Shown: positions 37,371-53,954, counted from the first letter of the stretch. The stretch is DNA of 64,000 bases from the human T2T-CHM13v2.0 reference genome, Homo sapiens (GCF_009914755.1 NC_060941.1); one strand, 5' to 3'. A program made the numbers and translations. Notes: generated from the letters alone by a model not told the origin.

Positions 37371-37675
37371 CTGCAGGGACAGTGAGTGGGGCAGAAGTGG
37401 GCATCTTGGGTGGGATGAAGCATGCTTCTTACTCCCCACTCCCAGCAGGGTCCAGCTTCACTGGGGCTGGCAAGAGAGAGCCTCCCCAGCTTGGTGCAGG
37501 AGTGGCCCGCCATGCCATTTTTCTAGGTCCCATTAGCTCACACGACCCTGGGGAGGAGACGGTGGAGGGTGCCGGAGGAAAGTAAGGGCTTATGGGAACT
37601 GAGATGCATTTGTCTCCCCCACTACCCCCCACAAATTGATGAGCTCTAGGCAAGCTGTGTTTAAAATGCCATTCA

Positions 37676-38005
<330 letters not shown>

Positions 38006-38333
38006 ATGCAACGCGAATTATGCCTGCTCATTTGACTTGGGGAATACATAAATAAATAAATAATAAATAAATACTGGCCATTTTCTTTGCGGCTTCTGCT
38101 GTGCCAGGCCCTGAGTTAAGCACCTTTTGTGAGTCATCTCTTTCAACTGTAACAGGGCCTGACAGGCAGATGCCTGTGTTTCCTTCAGAGATGGGAACGC
38201 TGAGGCTGCCAGAGGGAAGGATCTGCTCAAAGGCCCAGAACTAGGAAGCAGGAGAGCTGGGACCCCAGCCCAGGGCTGACTCCTAAGTCCAAGCTTGGGC
38301 GGGAGGTGTTGGAGGTGACCACGGGAAGCTTAC

Positions 38334-38470
38334 TGTTCTCCGACATCTCCAGAATGTAGCGGATCAGGGGGCTGTTGCCATCAAAGGGCTTGGTCCACGT
38401 CAGGTTGATGGCTCGCCTTTCCACGGTGCTGAGAGTGGCCACTGGGTGCTCGGGCGCGTGGGGCAGTTGC
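38334..38470 (-). CDS. SDK2: SDK2 exon (~14), 137 nt, FNIII-1 N-half: [45 protein letters not shown]
   Basis: ttccag|G...A|gtaagc, phase 2-1. Confidence 0.95.
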
Positions 38471-38862
38471 CTGGAAAAGAGACACGTGGTCAGGCATCCC
38501 TATGTGGTCTGCAGGCAGGTGACGGGGGCGCTGTGGACACAGGTTGTGTAGGCCTTGAGCTTCCATGATACCGCATGCTTAGACGTAAAATGTGGCCTTC
38601 GGGCCATCTACCTGGAGATTTTTCTCTCTGGAACCAGAGCCCTCCTGCTAAAGCCATCCTCACACCCCCCTGCTCTTGACGGAGGGCCTAACAGAGCTGA
38701 GAGAAAGGCCTGGAAGGATGCTGGGGGTATGTCCTGAGCAAAGCTGAACAGTTCAGGTCACACGTGGCCTGGGGATCTGAAAAAGGGACTCGGCTGGCTC
38801 TGAGCATGCCAGTTGCTATTGCCTGGACCGCCTCTGCCGGGGCCTGGGAGGGCTGCCCTTAC

Positions 38863-39039
38863 CTGACTCGCAGGTGGGCACTGCGAGAGTCGTTGCCTCC
38901 TGCTGAGATCACCCGGCAGGTGTACGTGCCGATGTCTCCCGACCACGTCTGTGAGATGTGCAGGGAGCCGTTTCTGTCCAGGCGGATACGAGGATGGCTC
39001 TCCGTGCCCAGGGTGGCCCCGTCCTTCTCCCAGATGTAC
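38863..39039 (-). CDS. SDK2: SDK2 exon (~13), 177 nt, Ig6 C-half: [11 protein letters not shown]...[25 protein letters not shown]
   Basis: ttttag|G...AG|gtaagg, phase 2-2. Confidence 0.95.
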
Positions 39040-39835
39040 CTAAAAGTAAGAAGAACCCGTAAGTACAGAGGGAGAGGAAGGTACCTTGGGAGTGGGCCTA
39101 GCCTGAAGCTTGTCCCGAGAAAATAGCTCCAAAGCTGGGCAGAGGACAACTGCAGGCAACAGCCAGGCAGGACACTGGGATCGGGGAGCGGGACACTGTT
39201 GAAGGCCAAGCAGTCTGGAAGCCCATCGTTCCTGCGGGGAGGGTGCAGGAGAGTGGGAGAGCGAACGCATTCAGTCATTATTGGTCGTTACACCTTCAGT
39301 TCAGGTTGGGTCAAAGCGTTGTTGCTTCTGGCCAGAAGCGCTTGCAAAACAGCCAGTGAAAGGTATTCTTCTGAAGAGGCTGAAAGATTACAGCTGAAAA
39401 AAGGAATGCAAGTTTCCTCATAGTCACATTTCTGAATTAGTTTTATGAGGGGAATCATTATATCAATGCATCAGTGTGACAAATTGACTATAGTGTCCAA
39501 AAAAATCCCTTTAGCTTCGGTCAGTCAATACAAATGGGGCTTGAGAAATTACACATGCATCAGTGCTTGACAATAAAAAATATCTTCTCTGAATTTGTTC
39601 TTGAGGAAATAGAACCATTATCATTGTCATCAACATACAGGGAGTGCCAGCCCTGGAGGGCAGGATGCCACACAATGACCCCAGGCGAGGTTGGCCTTGG
39701 TTCTCAGTACAAGTGTGAGGAACCCGGTGGTGGCTGAGATGCTTTGCAAATAGCCCCGTTCAGCTGGGGTACAGGGTGGGGGCCTGAGCTGCTGGCTCCC
39801 AGGACTATCTGGGTTTACATAATGTCAGATAACTA

Positions 39836-42158
<2,323 letters not shown>

Positions 42159-42544
42159 CTAATTAGCAGTTACTGAAATTGAATTATAAATACAGAGGAT
42201 AGAAGAACAGGTTAACAACACTGTGAGACAGCAGCCAGGCCAATCCAGAGTGTTGAATATTCCATAGCAGGATCAACAAACTATGGCCTGCTGCCTGTCT
42301 GTGTAAATAAAGTTTTATTAGAACACAGACATGCCCATCTGTTTACTTAGTGCCTGTTTACATATGGCTGCTTTGGCACTATAAACAGAGTTGAGTAGTC
42401 ATGACAAGACCATATGGCTCTCTTAAAGCCTAAAATGTTTACTTTTTGGTCCTTTACAGCAAAGATTGCTGACCTCTGTCTTCTAGAACCTGGTTTCTCC
42501 AACAAATCAATTACAAAACAAAAACAAAGATAAAAATAAAAAAG

Positions 42545-43122
42545 AAGTCTTTTCAACAAACAGTGCTGGAAAACCTTGACATCCACATGCAAAAAAAAAA
42601 AAAAAAAAAATCTAGACACAGATCTTACACCCTTCACAAAAATTAACTCAAATTGGATCCCAGAGCTAAATGTAAAATGCAAAGCTATAAAACTCCTAGA
42701 AGATAATACAGGAGAACATCTAGATGACCTTGGGTTTGGCAATGACTTTTTAAATACGACACCCAAGGCACAATCCATGAAAGAAAGAACAGATAAGCTG
42801 GATTTCATTAAATCAAACATTGCTGCTCTTTGATAGACACTTTCAAGAGAATAAAAAGAGAAGCCACACACTAGAAGAAAATATTTGTAAACGATATCTT
42901 TGATAAAGCACTGCTATCCAAAATCTACAAAGAACTCTTAAAACTCAGCAATAAGAAAACAATCTGATTAAAAAATAGTCATTGACAGATGCCTCACCAA
43001 AGAAGGTACACAGAAGACCAACAGGCAAATGAAAAGATGCTGTACATCATATGTCATTAGGGAAATGCAAATTAAAACAACAACGAGATATCACAGCACA
43101 GCTATTAGAATGGCCAAAATCC
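42545..43122 (+). mobile_element. L1M ORF2 3'-end fragment
   Basis: Translation KINSNWIPELNVKCKAIKLLEDNTGEHLDDLGFGNDFLNTTPKAQSMKERTDKLDFIK is L1 ORF2p C-terminal-like. Confidence 0.9.
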
Positions 43123-43311
43123 AGCTGGGCACAGTGGCTCACGCCTGTAATCCTAGCACTTTGGGAGGCTGAGCTAATTTTTTTTGTATTTTTAGTAGAG
43201 ACGGGGTTTCACCATGTTGGACAGGATGGTCTCCATCTCCTGACTTCATGATCCACCCGCCTCGGCCTCTCAAAGTGCTGGGATTATGGGCGTGAGGCAC
43301 GGCGCCTGGCC
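43123..43311. mobile_element. Chimeric Alu: + strand 5' ~50 nt fused to a - strand left arm
   Basis: agctgggcacagtggctcacgcctgtaatcctagcactttgggaggctgag|ctaattttttttgtatttttagtagagacgggg...cgcctggcc. Confidence 0.9.
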
Positions 43312-43467
43312 AGAGTGTTTTTTTCTAGAACTATTTTGGAGGTTTTCATGCTAGAAACCTGCACCCGCCCAGGCCCTCACCCCTGCACCTGGCTTTGCTC
43401 TGAGGACGTGTCACTCAGGATTCAGCGGCACCACTTTAGTCTGGTTTGGTTGTTGAGATCCTTTCTA

Positions 43468-43547
43468 TTAGGTTGGTGCAAAAGTAATTGCAGTTTTGAC
43501 CATTCCTTTCAAAGGCAAAAACCGCAGTTACGTTTGCACCCACCTAA
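43468..43547. mobile_element. MADE1 (Hsmar1-derived 80-bp palindromic MITE) with TA TSDs
   Basis: ta|ttaggttggtgcaaaagtaattgc...gcagttacgtttgcacccacctaa|ta. Confidence 0.93.
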
Positions 43548-44500
43548 TAGTCTGCTTAGGGAACCCTGCTGTGTTTTGCAGATAGAACAGGGTTTTCAAT
43601 CCTGGTGACACATTAGAATCACCTGGGGAGCTTCTTAAAATTGCTGAGGTCTGGGTCTCACCCCATCCCCAAGATCTACCTCAAGACGGAGGGTAGAAGG
43701 GATGTCCCCGTCCCCCCAGTCCAAGGAAGACAGACTGGGGTGGGAGCTGCTGGGGTGGCCTTGGGCATAGACTTTGCCAATTTTGGGGGGGATAAAGGGA
43801 TGATTCTGCTCCCCAGAATCATCCCTTTGATGAAAAGATGGTCCTAGATGGTTAATTCCGTTTAAGGCGAGGACCTCCCTTCAGTAACCTGGTACAGGGA
43901 TTTCTGACCTGCAGTTCACTGGAAGGGCCTACAGAGTGGGTCTGCAGGTTACTTTGCAAGAGACCCCCGAATCCCATTATGCATCAGTAACTGTCTAGAG
44001 AATGAATACAATGTATGTCTTTCTCAAATAAGTTGACACTTTTTATAAGTAAGTCATCTTTTTTATAAATAAAGTCTGATTTAAAGTATACTGAATTTCA
44101 GAATTTCCCTATTAATGAATGCTAAAAGTATAGCTACTACACAATGAATGGGCCCGAGATACACAGCAGTATTCTATGTGGGTTCTCTCCCAGGACCTTT
44201 TTTACAGTTGGTATGTTAATTTTTTAAGAAAAATCTATTAAACCCAGAAATAAGCATATTCTGGAATCTCAGTCAAAAATCTTCTAACTATTAATACATC
44301 TATGTACATTTTTGCATTTGTGCTAGCGTCATGTGATGACTGCCTTAAGTGGTCAACACTTCATGAGGTGTTTCTCAAACTGGGGCCGCTGATATGTTCT
44401 CTGAGAATCAGTGTTGGCCAAAAGCCTGGAGCCCCTTGTACCAACCTGGGCTCCCCGGAGTCTCATTTGGGGGTGGCTGTACAGACTGTCATAGGTCCAG

Positions 44501-44519
44501 TGGCCACCAGATGGCGCCC
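44501..44519 (+). promoter_or_regulatory. Candidate CTCF binding site TGGCCACCAGATGGCGCCC
   Basis: Near-perfect match to the CTCF core CCACCAG(G/A)(G/T)GGCGC. Confidence 0.75.
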
Positions 44520-45458
44520 CAGGACGCAGCTGCCTTCGGCATGAGGAGGAGGCCATTTCTCCCAGTGCAGGAGCGCCGGCCCCTTCTAGCCTCGGTGCCA
44601 GTTGCTTTGACAGTGATATTGCTCATAAAATAGAGAAGCAACACGCAGGGAATATTTATTTCTAAGGAAGCAGTTGCATTTCCCTCAGCATTCTGGAGCT
44701 CAAGGAAGAGAAGGCAGGGACAATCTCCTCCTGGTTTTAGCTTCCAAAGCCTTGGGGGTGGGGGTAGGGTTTGGTTCAGGTGCTTGGGAGGGGTCCCGGC
44801 TTTTATACCTTTCTTGGCTGCTTCCTCCCAGCCCTTTTAGTGGCTTCCACAGAGGCGGGACTGAGTTACCTGGAAGCCAAGTCCCTTGCCAAGGTCCCGG
44901 CTTGGCCATGGAAGATGGTGGGGTGACCTCGGTTTGGAGGCTCAGTTTCCCACATGTGCTTCTCTTGCAGGGTCCCCCCAGGGGTCATCTCCTGCCCCAC
45001 CCCTATAGCTGATCCCATATCCGCCTGCCCAGACCCCTCTGCTGCCCATTCAGAGGCCAGAGGGCCAAAGACTTGGGGTGGGCTGGGGGACACTAGCAGT
45101 GGCGTCCAGGGCCAGAGACAGCAGCTCCTTCCCTTCCATGCTCACTAACCCACAAGCCTCTTCCTTTCCCCTCCCTCACCCCCTCCTCCATTCCTCTTAC
45201 TTCATCTTTCTGCACCCCTTCCTCTTTTCCTCCCACCTTGGAAACTGGCTTAACTCAATTCAGGGTAGCTCAGTTCCCGGGTGTTTATTTCATACCCCCT
45301 ACCTCTCAGCCCTGCACTCAGCTCTGGAAATGCCACTGCCCAGGAGAAGGCGTGGCTCTGCAGCTGTTACCTCCCTAATGTGGACACTCGCCCAGCTACA
45401 AGCTATTGCCAGAGGCTCCCCCTCCCCTCTTGCCTGGAGTCAACAGCAGAGCCAGTAC

Positions 45459-45561
45459 CTGATGGTTACTCGGGGGTCGTGGGTCACTCCGCACACCATG
45501 GAGGCCTGGGTGCCCTTGATGACACTCTGATCCTGGGGGGGCTTGGTGATGCGGGTCCGAG
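45459..45561 (-). CDS. SDK2: SDK2 exon (~12), 103 nt, Ig6 N-half: [35 protein letters not shown]
   Basis: tttcag|CT...AG|gtactg, phase 1-2. Confidence 0.95.
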
Positions 45562-45947
45562 CTGAAAGATACAGCGGAGACAGCATGGTGAGAAGAGGTG
45601 TGGGGGCTGTGTGGCTGGACTCTGGGTGGATACCATATGAAAGCCCCCAAATGGTTAAAAAGAACAATGAGCTCCCTGGTACTTTAATTCTTGGAAGCCA
45701 CGTCATAGTTGGGGCTCATTAAATTTTGCTCTCACAAACCATGTATGGGATGGAGAGACCAAACTCTAAGGACGATCAGGACCATATTTTCAGCATATCA
45801 GTGGTCCAGCCAGGGTAAAAATAGGGCTTTCTGATTTCCAGTCTAGTGCTTCATGCACCAGGACCCCTGGGCTCAGCCCAGACAAGTGGCCCACAGGTAT
45901 GCTGGGTGTGGATCCAAAGTTGGAAGTGGCTTGAGAAGCTCTCTTAC

Positions 45948-46178
45948 AGCAGGGGTCGGCTAACTACAGGCTGGGGGCCAAATCCGGCAGGTGGCCTTTT
46001 TGGCTAAATAAACCCTTACTGGAACATAGCCACGCCCATTGGATGACATACCGTCTGTGGCTGCTTTCTAGATAAAACGGAAGCTAGTTGAGTCGTTGTG
46101 ACAGAGACCGTCTGGCCCACACAGCTTAAAATATTTATGATCTGGCCCTTTCTTGAAAATATTTGCCGATTTCTGCCC
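45948..46178. mobile_element. MER58A (hAT-Charlie); a second copy at ~42265-42480
   Basis: caggggtcggctaactacagg...gggccaaatccggc...tctggccctttcttgaaaatatttgccga. Confidence 0.75.
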
Positions 46179-46449
46179 TAAAATATATGAAGGCAGCTCT
46201 CCTATAACTTCAATGTTCTCTCAAGTCGGCCAAGCATAGCATCACCGGCAGAATCTTCCTAGTCCCTGGCCTCTGAACCACTTTGTCACTGTCCCTCTGA
46301 TGAGAAGGGCCCTGACTGGGACAGACACTGGGGATGGAGACACTGGTGGTATGAGCCTGTGCCCCGTAGCTGTCCTGAGTCCTCAGCACCTACAGGGATG
46401 TACACACGCACACACAAATGTATAAAGCCCTGTGGCTCTGCACACTCAC

Positions 46450-46617
46450 CCCAAACGACTAGGTCTGCTGAGGCCTCATCGACCCCCCGAGAGTTGGTGG
46501 CCAGGCAGGTGTAGGTCCCCGCATCGGAGATGTGTGTGGGGCTGATGAGGAGGCTGCCCGACTCCAGGGGTGTGAAGCGAGGCAGCTGCACAGAGCCACT
46601 GGCCAAGATGCGCTCCC
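46450..46617 (-). CDS. SDK2: SDK2 exon (~11), 168 nt, Ig5 C-half: [15 protein letters not shown]...[25 protein letters not shown]
   Basis: cctcag|GG...G|gtgagt, phase 1-1. Confidence 0.95.
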
Positions 46618-47704
46618 CTGAGGGCAAAACAGGGTGGGGGTCAGCCTGTAGCCCCCAAGGGCACACCCTGCCCTTCCCTGGCCGCTCCAGGGCAGCATGG
46701 TCCCCCCACAGGCCCCTGGCTCTGGAAATGCTGGAAGGAATGAGGACAGATGGCGGTGGGGCTGGGGTGGGGGCTGAGAGACCTGGAGAGCTTTCTGGCT
46801 TAGGGACGGACACGAGGGCACAGGGTCTCAGAGCGGGCAGCCTAGAGCCCAGGTCCCCTGATGCTCCTGTGCCCGCCACACCACGTGCCCTTCAACAGAG
46901 AAGGGGGCGCAGTTTCCTGATGACGGTGAGCAGTAGCCCGGCACAGCCCTCAGAGGCAGCTGGCACCCGGGTTGGGGGAGCTGGCGGGGGGACAGCTCTG
47001 ACAAGGTGATGACGGGCATCCTGCGGCAGGATGCTTCTGGGGAGAGTCACCTTCAAGAGAGTGAAGGGAAGTGACGGGAGCTGCCTGGAGTGGGGGTGGG
47101 GTAGAGAGGGACACGCTGTCCCCCAGCAGCAGCCCTGGTCAGGACAGACCTCCTTCTGCAGGGGGACCCAGGGAGCCTGGGGCCCAGCCTGGGAGCGTCC
47201 TGGCCAGAGAAAGAGGGGGAGAAAGAGAGAGTGCAAGTGCACCTGCAGGAGTGAGCCTGGGAATGCAGGTCTTTGTGACTATGTCTATTTTAAAGAACCC
47301 CCCACCCCCGTAAGGAAGGGAATCTCCATGTGTCCATCTGGGGGTCGCATGTCCGTTTGTACATGCGTGCAGGCACAGTGAACTGAGTGTGCTGGGTGGA
47401 TGTGTTTATTTCCATGTGTAAGCACGTGCCTAGGTGTGCCCCTATTATCCCCACAAATGTTTATTGAGTGCCTACCGTGTGCCAGACTCTGTTCTAGGTC
47501 CTGGGAGACGGCAGTGGACAAAACCGACACCCCTGACTTTGTGGGGAGACAGGCCATGAGCTAGGTAAATAAGCCGATGACCAAATGCATGAGAAGGTGG
47601 GGAGTGAAGGAGGTAGGGCTGGAGGGGAGGGCTGGGGGCTGGGGCAGGGTGAGTCCTTGGAGGAGGCACCTCTGAGCTGGGGCTTGCCGGTGTGAAGGAG
47701 CAAC

Positions 47705-47835
47705 TGTGTTTGTACGTGTGTGTGCACATGTGTATGTACATGTGTGTGCATATGTGTGCACATGTGTATGTACGTGTGCATGTATGTGTGTGCATGTGTG
47801 TGCACATGCGTGTGTGTGCATATGTGTGTGTGTGC
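47705..47835 (+). repeat. (TG)n-type compound microsatellite (TGTGCACATG/TGTATGTAC)
   Basis: Directly visible; produces the HT-rich spurious ORFs. Confidence 0.95.
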
Positions 47836-48075
47836 AGGGGAGAGTTGTGAAGGTGAGTGTGCACACACAGAGGTGAAGAGGAAGCACACAGGGCAGATGG
47901 CCTTAGGGAGGTGGCTTGGGCTTTGCTGGTTCCGCCATCTGGAGCCCTCTGAGCTGCCTGGGGTAGGAGACTGGCAGCAGCCACCACTAGAATAATATTC
48001 ATCATCAAGCACCTATCGTTTCCTGGGCTTTCGGACTCCCAGGCATAATGCAGGACCCTCACATGCACGCTATAG

Positions 48076-48462
<387 letters not shown>

Positions 48463-48679
48463 TGACCTCAGGGTGATCTGCCCACCTCAACCTCCCAAGA
48501 TGCTGGGATTATAGGCATGAGCCACCGCGCCCGGCCGAGAGATGCTCTCTTGGGTTGTACAGTGTATGACCTTCACAAGTGTACGTGGGGAACCCAACCT
48601 GGCTGGCTCCAGAGCCTAGTTCTGAAGACTCTTCTAGGCTATCACCCAGCCACACTCTCTGAAGGTGTGTTCCATCTAC

Positions 48680-48796
48680 CTTTCTGCCAAGTGATAGCTG
48701 GTCGGGGCGCCCCCGAGGTCTCACATGCTAGCACCACTGACATGCCATCGATCACCGTGCTGTCCAGGGGGCCTCTGGTGATGTTAGGGGCGATGC
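48680..48796 (-). CDS. SDK2: SDK2 exon (~10), 117 nt, Ig5 N-half: [39 protein letters not shown]
   Basis: tttgcag|GC...G|gtagat, phase 1-1. Confidence 0.95.
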
Positions 48797-49764
48797 CTGC
48801 AAACAGAGAAGTGGGGCCTTTTAGCCACACCCTGGGAGATGTCCCCCAAGCCAGAGGGCCAGGGGCCTCCAAGCCCACCGAGGGCCAGGCCCTCATCCTC
48901 CCCCTGCCATGGTGAGGGGCCCTCCACGAGGAAGGATGTAGGCATCTTGATGGAGCCCCAGTGTTTGGAAGAAGCCCGGAGGGGTCATGAGGACTCCCCT
49001 ATGCCACCTGCCCTGTGGAAGGACCCAGGTGACACCAGTCCCCACACTGCTTGGATTCTCAGGCCTGCATTTGGGGGAAACTGAAGACCCCAGGAGGCAG
49101 CTCCCATCCTCCCTGACAAGGTTGTTGGGGTTTACAAGCCAAAAGTGAAAGGAAGGCTCTGGCTTCTTAAAAGAAAAACAGCCACAGCCAAGAGGGGGAC
49201 TTCTGCCACTTTCTAAGTGGCCCTGCCCCAGGAGCTCCATTCGGCCATGGCCACCGTTTAGGGTTGGGGCAGCCTCCTGGCTTTGCACTCTCCTTGCCCC
49301 ATCCCAGCCCTCAAGGAAGGAGCTCGCCAGATGGGCGTGGGAACAGAGCTAAGTTCACCTGCACTTGGAAGCCAGAAGCAAGACGGCAGCCCCTTGGTAG
49401 CCACCTTTGGGGCACACCTACAAGCTCTCTGCCCCACAGCTGCCCTGTCCGCGGCCTCTGTGGGTCTGGGTGATGAACACCGTGGAGCTCAAGGAGACCC
49501 CTGAACATCCCCATTCTTCCTGAGGAGCCCACCAGTGCTTTGCATTTACACAGACCTTTGAGCTTATGGGCCACTCACAGTATCATCTTTTTTCTTTTGT
49601 TTTTTTGAGACAGGGTCTCACTCTGTCACCCAGGCTGGAGTGCAGTGGCGCCATCTTGGCCTCTGCCTCCTGGGCCTGAGTGGTCCTCTCACTTCAGCAT
49701 CCCTAGTACCTGGGAGTACAGGTGTGTGCCACCCTGCCTGGCTAATTTTTTGTATTTTTGGTAG

Positions 49765-49899
<135 letters not shown>

Positions 49900-50397
49900 T
49901 AAAAACAGCTCTGGGAAGCGGCCAGGGCAACTATGGCAACCCCTGACAGAGACTCCAAGGGCAGAAAGGGATTTGCGAGCAGGAGAACTAAGAGAAAAAC
50001 ACCAGTTTTCTTCTTTGGAAACATGAGCAGGTCTTCTGGAATGGGGTTACTCCAGCCCTGCCTGGGAACCCAGGGATAGTCGCAGTGCCAGAGCTGGTAC
50101 CCGTGGTTGGTTTCATAGCTCCTTTTCTCAAAAAGCCGTGAACGCAACCTGGGCCCCAGGACATTGGAGAGAACTTCTAGGGACCAGAGATTTCCTCCAG
50201 GGCTCTGGACTCAGGGCTGCAGAGGCAGCAGCGGTAACTGGCTGTGCCCCCAGGCTGCTGGGCAGCAGGCGGCCTTTGGGGATCCTATCTGCTTAATGGA
50301 ACGTGCTATGCACAAGAGGCCCCTCGGAAGACCTTGGAAGAAAGCTGCGTCCTGGGAAGAGGGGCTCACGGGCAGCACAAGGGAAGGCCCAACTTAC

Positions 50398-50592
50398 TGG
50401 TGACAGCCAGGTAGGTGGAAGTTTGCACCTCGCCGGCTGCATTGCGGGCGAAGCACTGGAACATGCCGGTATCATCGGGCACCAGGCCGCTGATCTGCAG
50501 GCCCCCGTCGTTGCGCTGCCGGAAGCGGGTCAACTTCTCCACCTCCACCACGGCTGCGTCCTTGTACCAGGTGATGGAGGGCGGCGGCACAC
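50398..50592 (-). CDS. SDK2: SDK2 exon (~9), 195 nt, Ig4 C-half: [12 protein letters not shown]...[25 protein letters not shown]
   Basis: ccacag|GT...A|gtaagt, phase 1-1. Confidence 0.95.
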
Positions 50593-50902
50593 CTGTGGGC
50601 AAGACGTGGGCCCACCGTCAACCTGCCTCCTGCCTCCTCTCCGCCTAGGAGGGGTGCTTGGGAGGAGGCCGGGCCCGGAAATCTGCGAGGGGGTCCCTGG
50701 TGAATCTTGGTGTCTAGAACCTTCTCAGAGGTGCCACTTTGGGTCTAGGGAGAGGAGGAAGATGCTCTTTGAGTGGTAATTCTCAAAGTCTTTGGGACAG
50801 AGTAAAGATCCGGGAATCAGTTTAGCATGGAAACTGGATTGGACAAACTAATTTATTTATTCTATTTTTTATTTCTATTTGTGTAGAGATGGAGTCTTGC
50901 TA

Positions 50903-51577
<675 letters not shown>

Positions 51578-52686
51578 CTATTCCAAGGAGCACCCCACGG
51601 CCCTGTCCCCACTAAGCCTGCTTGCCTTCCCTTCCCGGCACCCTTTGATCCTGACAGCCTGTGATGCCACATTTCATCCAATCCACCATGCGCTCTCTTT
51701 CCCATGGTCACGTCTCCGAGATCAGGATGTGTCTTATAATCAACAGCATGTCATAATTTAATTGGCTGCCTTTTTTCTTTCTTAGTGGTCCATAAAATAA
51801 TGGGGCATCTTACAACCCATGGCATTTTAGATGAGATGAAATAAGTTCTCTTTATTTGTTTATCAGCTTGCCCATCTCCCTCCCGAGAATGTTACATTCT
51901 ACGCGAGCAGGGATCTGGCTGTTTGGTTTATTATGTATCTCCCCACTCCTGAGGACACTATCGGCACATGGTAAGCCCTCAAAAAATATTTGCTGCCTGA
52001 ATGGATGGATCTTTGCCTTCCCCTTGTGGAGTCTCAGAAGGGAAGTCATTACTCATCCCCTCCAGCACAGTCCTCATTCCTGCAGAGACACATTTTGCCC
52101 CTTTGCTCAGCGTGTCCCACTGTGCACGCTCTTCTCTCTTTATCATCCCGGATTTCACCCTGGCTGCGGGCTGTCTTTTGGCGGAAATGAATCAGAAGGA
52201 AGGACGGTGGGGAAGGGGAAAGTAGAAATTCTCCAGGAACTCTTTCAAGGGGGGTTAAGTAGGAATAGCGGAGGGAGCTGGCAGAGGAGATGGAGCAAAA
52301 TGGCCCAGGAAACAGGCTGAGCTTATAAGACACATCTCAGGTGAGATGCACCCGGGGGCTGCTGGTTCTGGCATTACGGTAATTTGTCATTGTCTACAGC
52401 TCTCAAATTTTGGGAAATTTGGGTCTGTCACCTGTCCTGAAATTACTGTAAGTTGGGTTCATTTGTAACCCTCAAGTTTTGGTACCGTAAAGGTTGATTT
52501 CCAGCCTGAGATTATGGTAATTTGGCCTGTTTGTTTCCTGGGGTGCCTGCTCAGACAGCCAGACAGACTCTCTGCCTAGTGACATGGTCTCGAGAAGAAG
52601 CTGGAATTTAGAAATGTCCACAATGAGGATGGGAGAGGCTGAAGATCTGGGGTCTTTGTCCCCCTCCAGCGGTGCCACCTCATTAC

Positions 52687-52770
52687 CTTTGGCCTGACAG
52701 GGGATGTCCACCACCTTCTCCATCTCCGCAGTGATGTGTCTTTCTGGCTCCTTGACAAACTGAGGCGGTT
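52687..52770 (-). CDS. SDK2: SDK2 exon (~8), 84 nt, Ig4 N-half: [28 protein letters not shown]
   Basis: ctgcag|AA...G|gtaatg, phase 1-1; follows a 141-nt intron. Confidence 0.95.
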
Positions 52771-52911
52771 CTGCAGGAGGAAGGACCAGGGGAGGGGGTC
52801 AGAGCCATGCTCGCTTTGATCCAGCCACTGTAGGGGGTCACCCTTAAGGAGGACCCTCGCCGTGCTGCCCCTACCCCTCAGGGGAGCCCTAGCAGCCCCA
52901 CCCTCTCTCAC

Positions 52912-53102
52912 CCAGCACTGAGAGGTAGGCGCCCCGGACAACAGAGGGGACGCTGCTGCTGCGCAGGACAGCCTCACACTCGTAGTAGCCGGCGTCACTG
53001 CCGGTGGGGTTGGGGATGGTGAGCCGGCGGTTGTGGTCACTGATGCCGCCCGACAGCAATACCCCGTCCTTCTTCCAAATGATATGTAGCTTGATCAGGG
53101 GC
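52912..53102 (-). CDS. SDK2: SDK2 exon (~7), 191 nt, Ig3 C-half: [13 protein letters not shown]...DAGYYECEA...AYLSVL
   Basis: ctgcag|G...G|gtgaga; Ig DxGxYxC motif. Confidence 0.95.
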
Positions 53103-53954
53103 CTGCAGAGGGCAAGGGAAGGCCAGTGTTCAGCCATGAGGACTCCCAGAGGCCTGAGAGGCAGGGCAGGGGGTGGTAAGGAGTGTGGGCTTGGGAGCCG
53201 GGCTGCCTGGGTTTGCCACCTTCCTGCCACTTTGTAGATGCAAGATCTTGGGCAAGTTCCCACAGGGCTCTGGGTCTCACTTTCCTCTTCTATAAAGTGG
53301 GAGCATCTGTGCCCGCCCAGGGGGTTGTAGCCAAGATGAATGCATTAGTGCCAGTGAAGTGCTTGGAACAGGGCCTGCTGATGGACTTGGAACTCAGGGC
53401 TTGGCAGCTCAGGCAAAGCAGGAAAGCAGCCTGGCTTGCAGCTCTTTTTTCTGGTCTTCCCTGTGTGCTGTGCCCCATCTGACCACAGATCAGTGACACG
53501 GAGGAGATGAAGGTGAGGGCAAGTGACAGACAGAAACATGAAACACCCAGAGTTTGAAAAGGGGAAATAAGGGCAGACAAGACAGACAGACAGACAGACA
53601 GACAGAAAAACCCATTCCCCAACTGCAAGAGAAGAGCAAGGGTGTGAGTCTGGCCTGGCTTTCCACCATCACCAACCCCTGCACCCCCAAGCCCCCGAGA
53701 CTTGGGTCTGTCCAGACACTCCTGTTTAGCACCTGGTGGGTCCCTGAGGACGGATCTTCCAAAGTGGGCCCCTGCTAGTGCCATGGGGGTATTCAGAAGG
53801 GCCCCATGGAAAAGGAGTTCTGTGGCCGCATACGTCTGGGAAACAGCGGCTTGAGTGACAGTAGCTTGAGGTGACGCTGGGCAGTTTCTTCATCGAGGGG
53901 CTTCTCAGGGCTTTCACTGCACAGTTGCACCCTGGTGGCCTTGCCCAAGTCCTG

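Noticed and set aside
47472-48068. His/Thr-rich ORFs resembling metal-binding proteins
   Set aside because: Translation of a (CA)n-type repeat.
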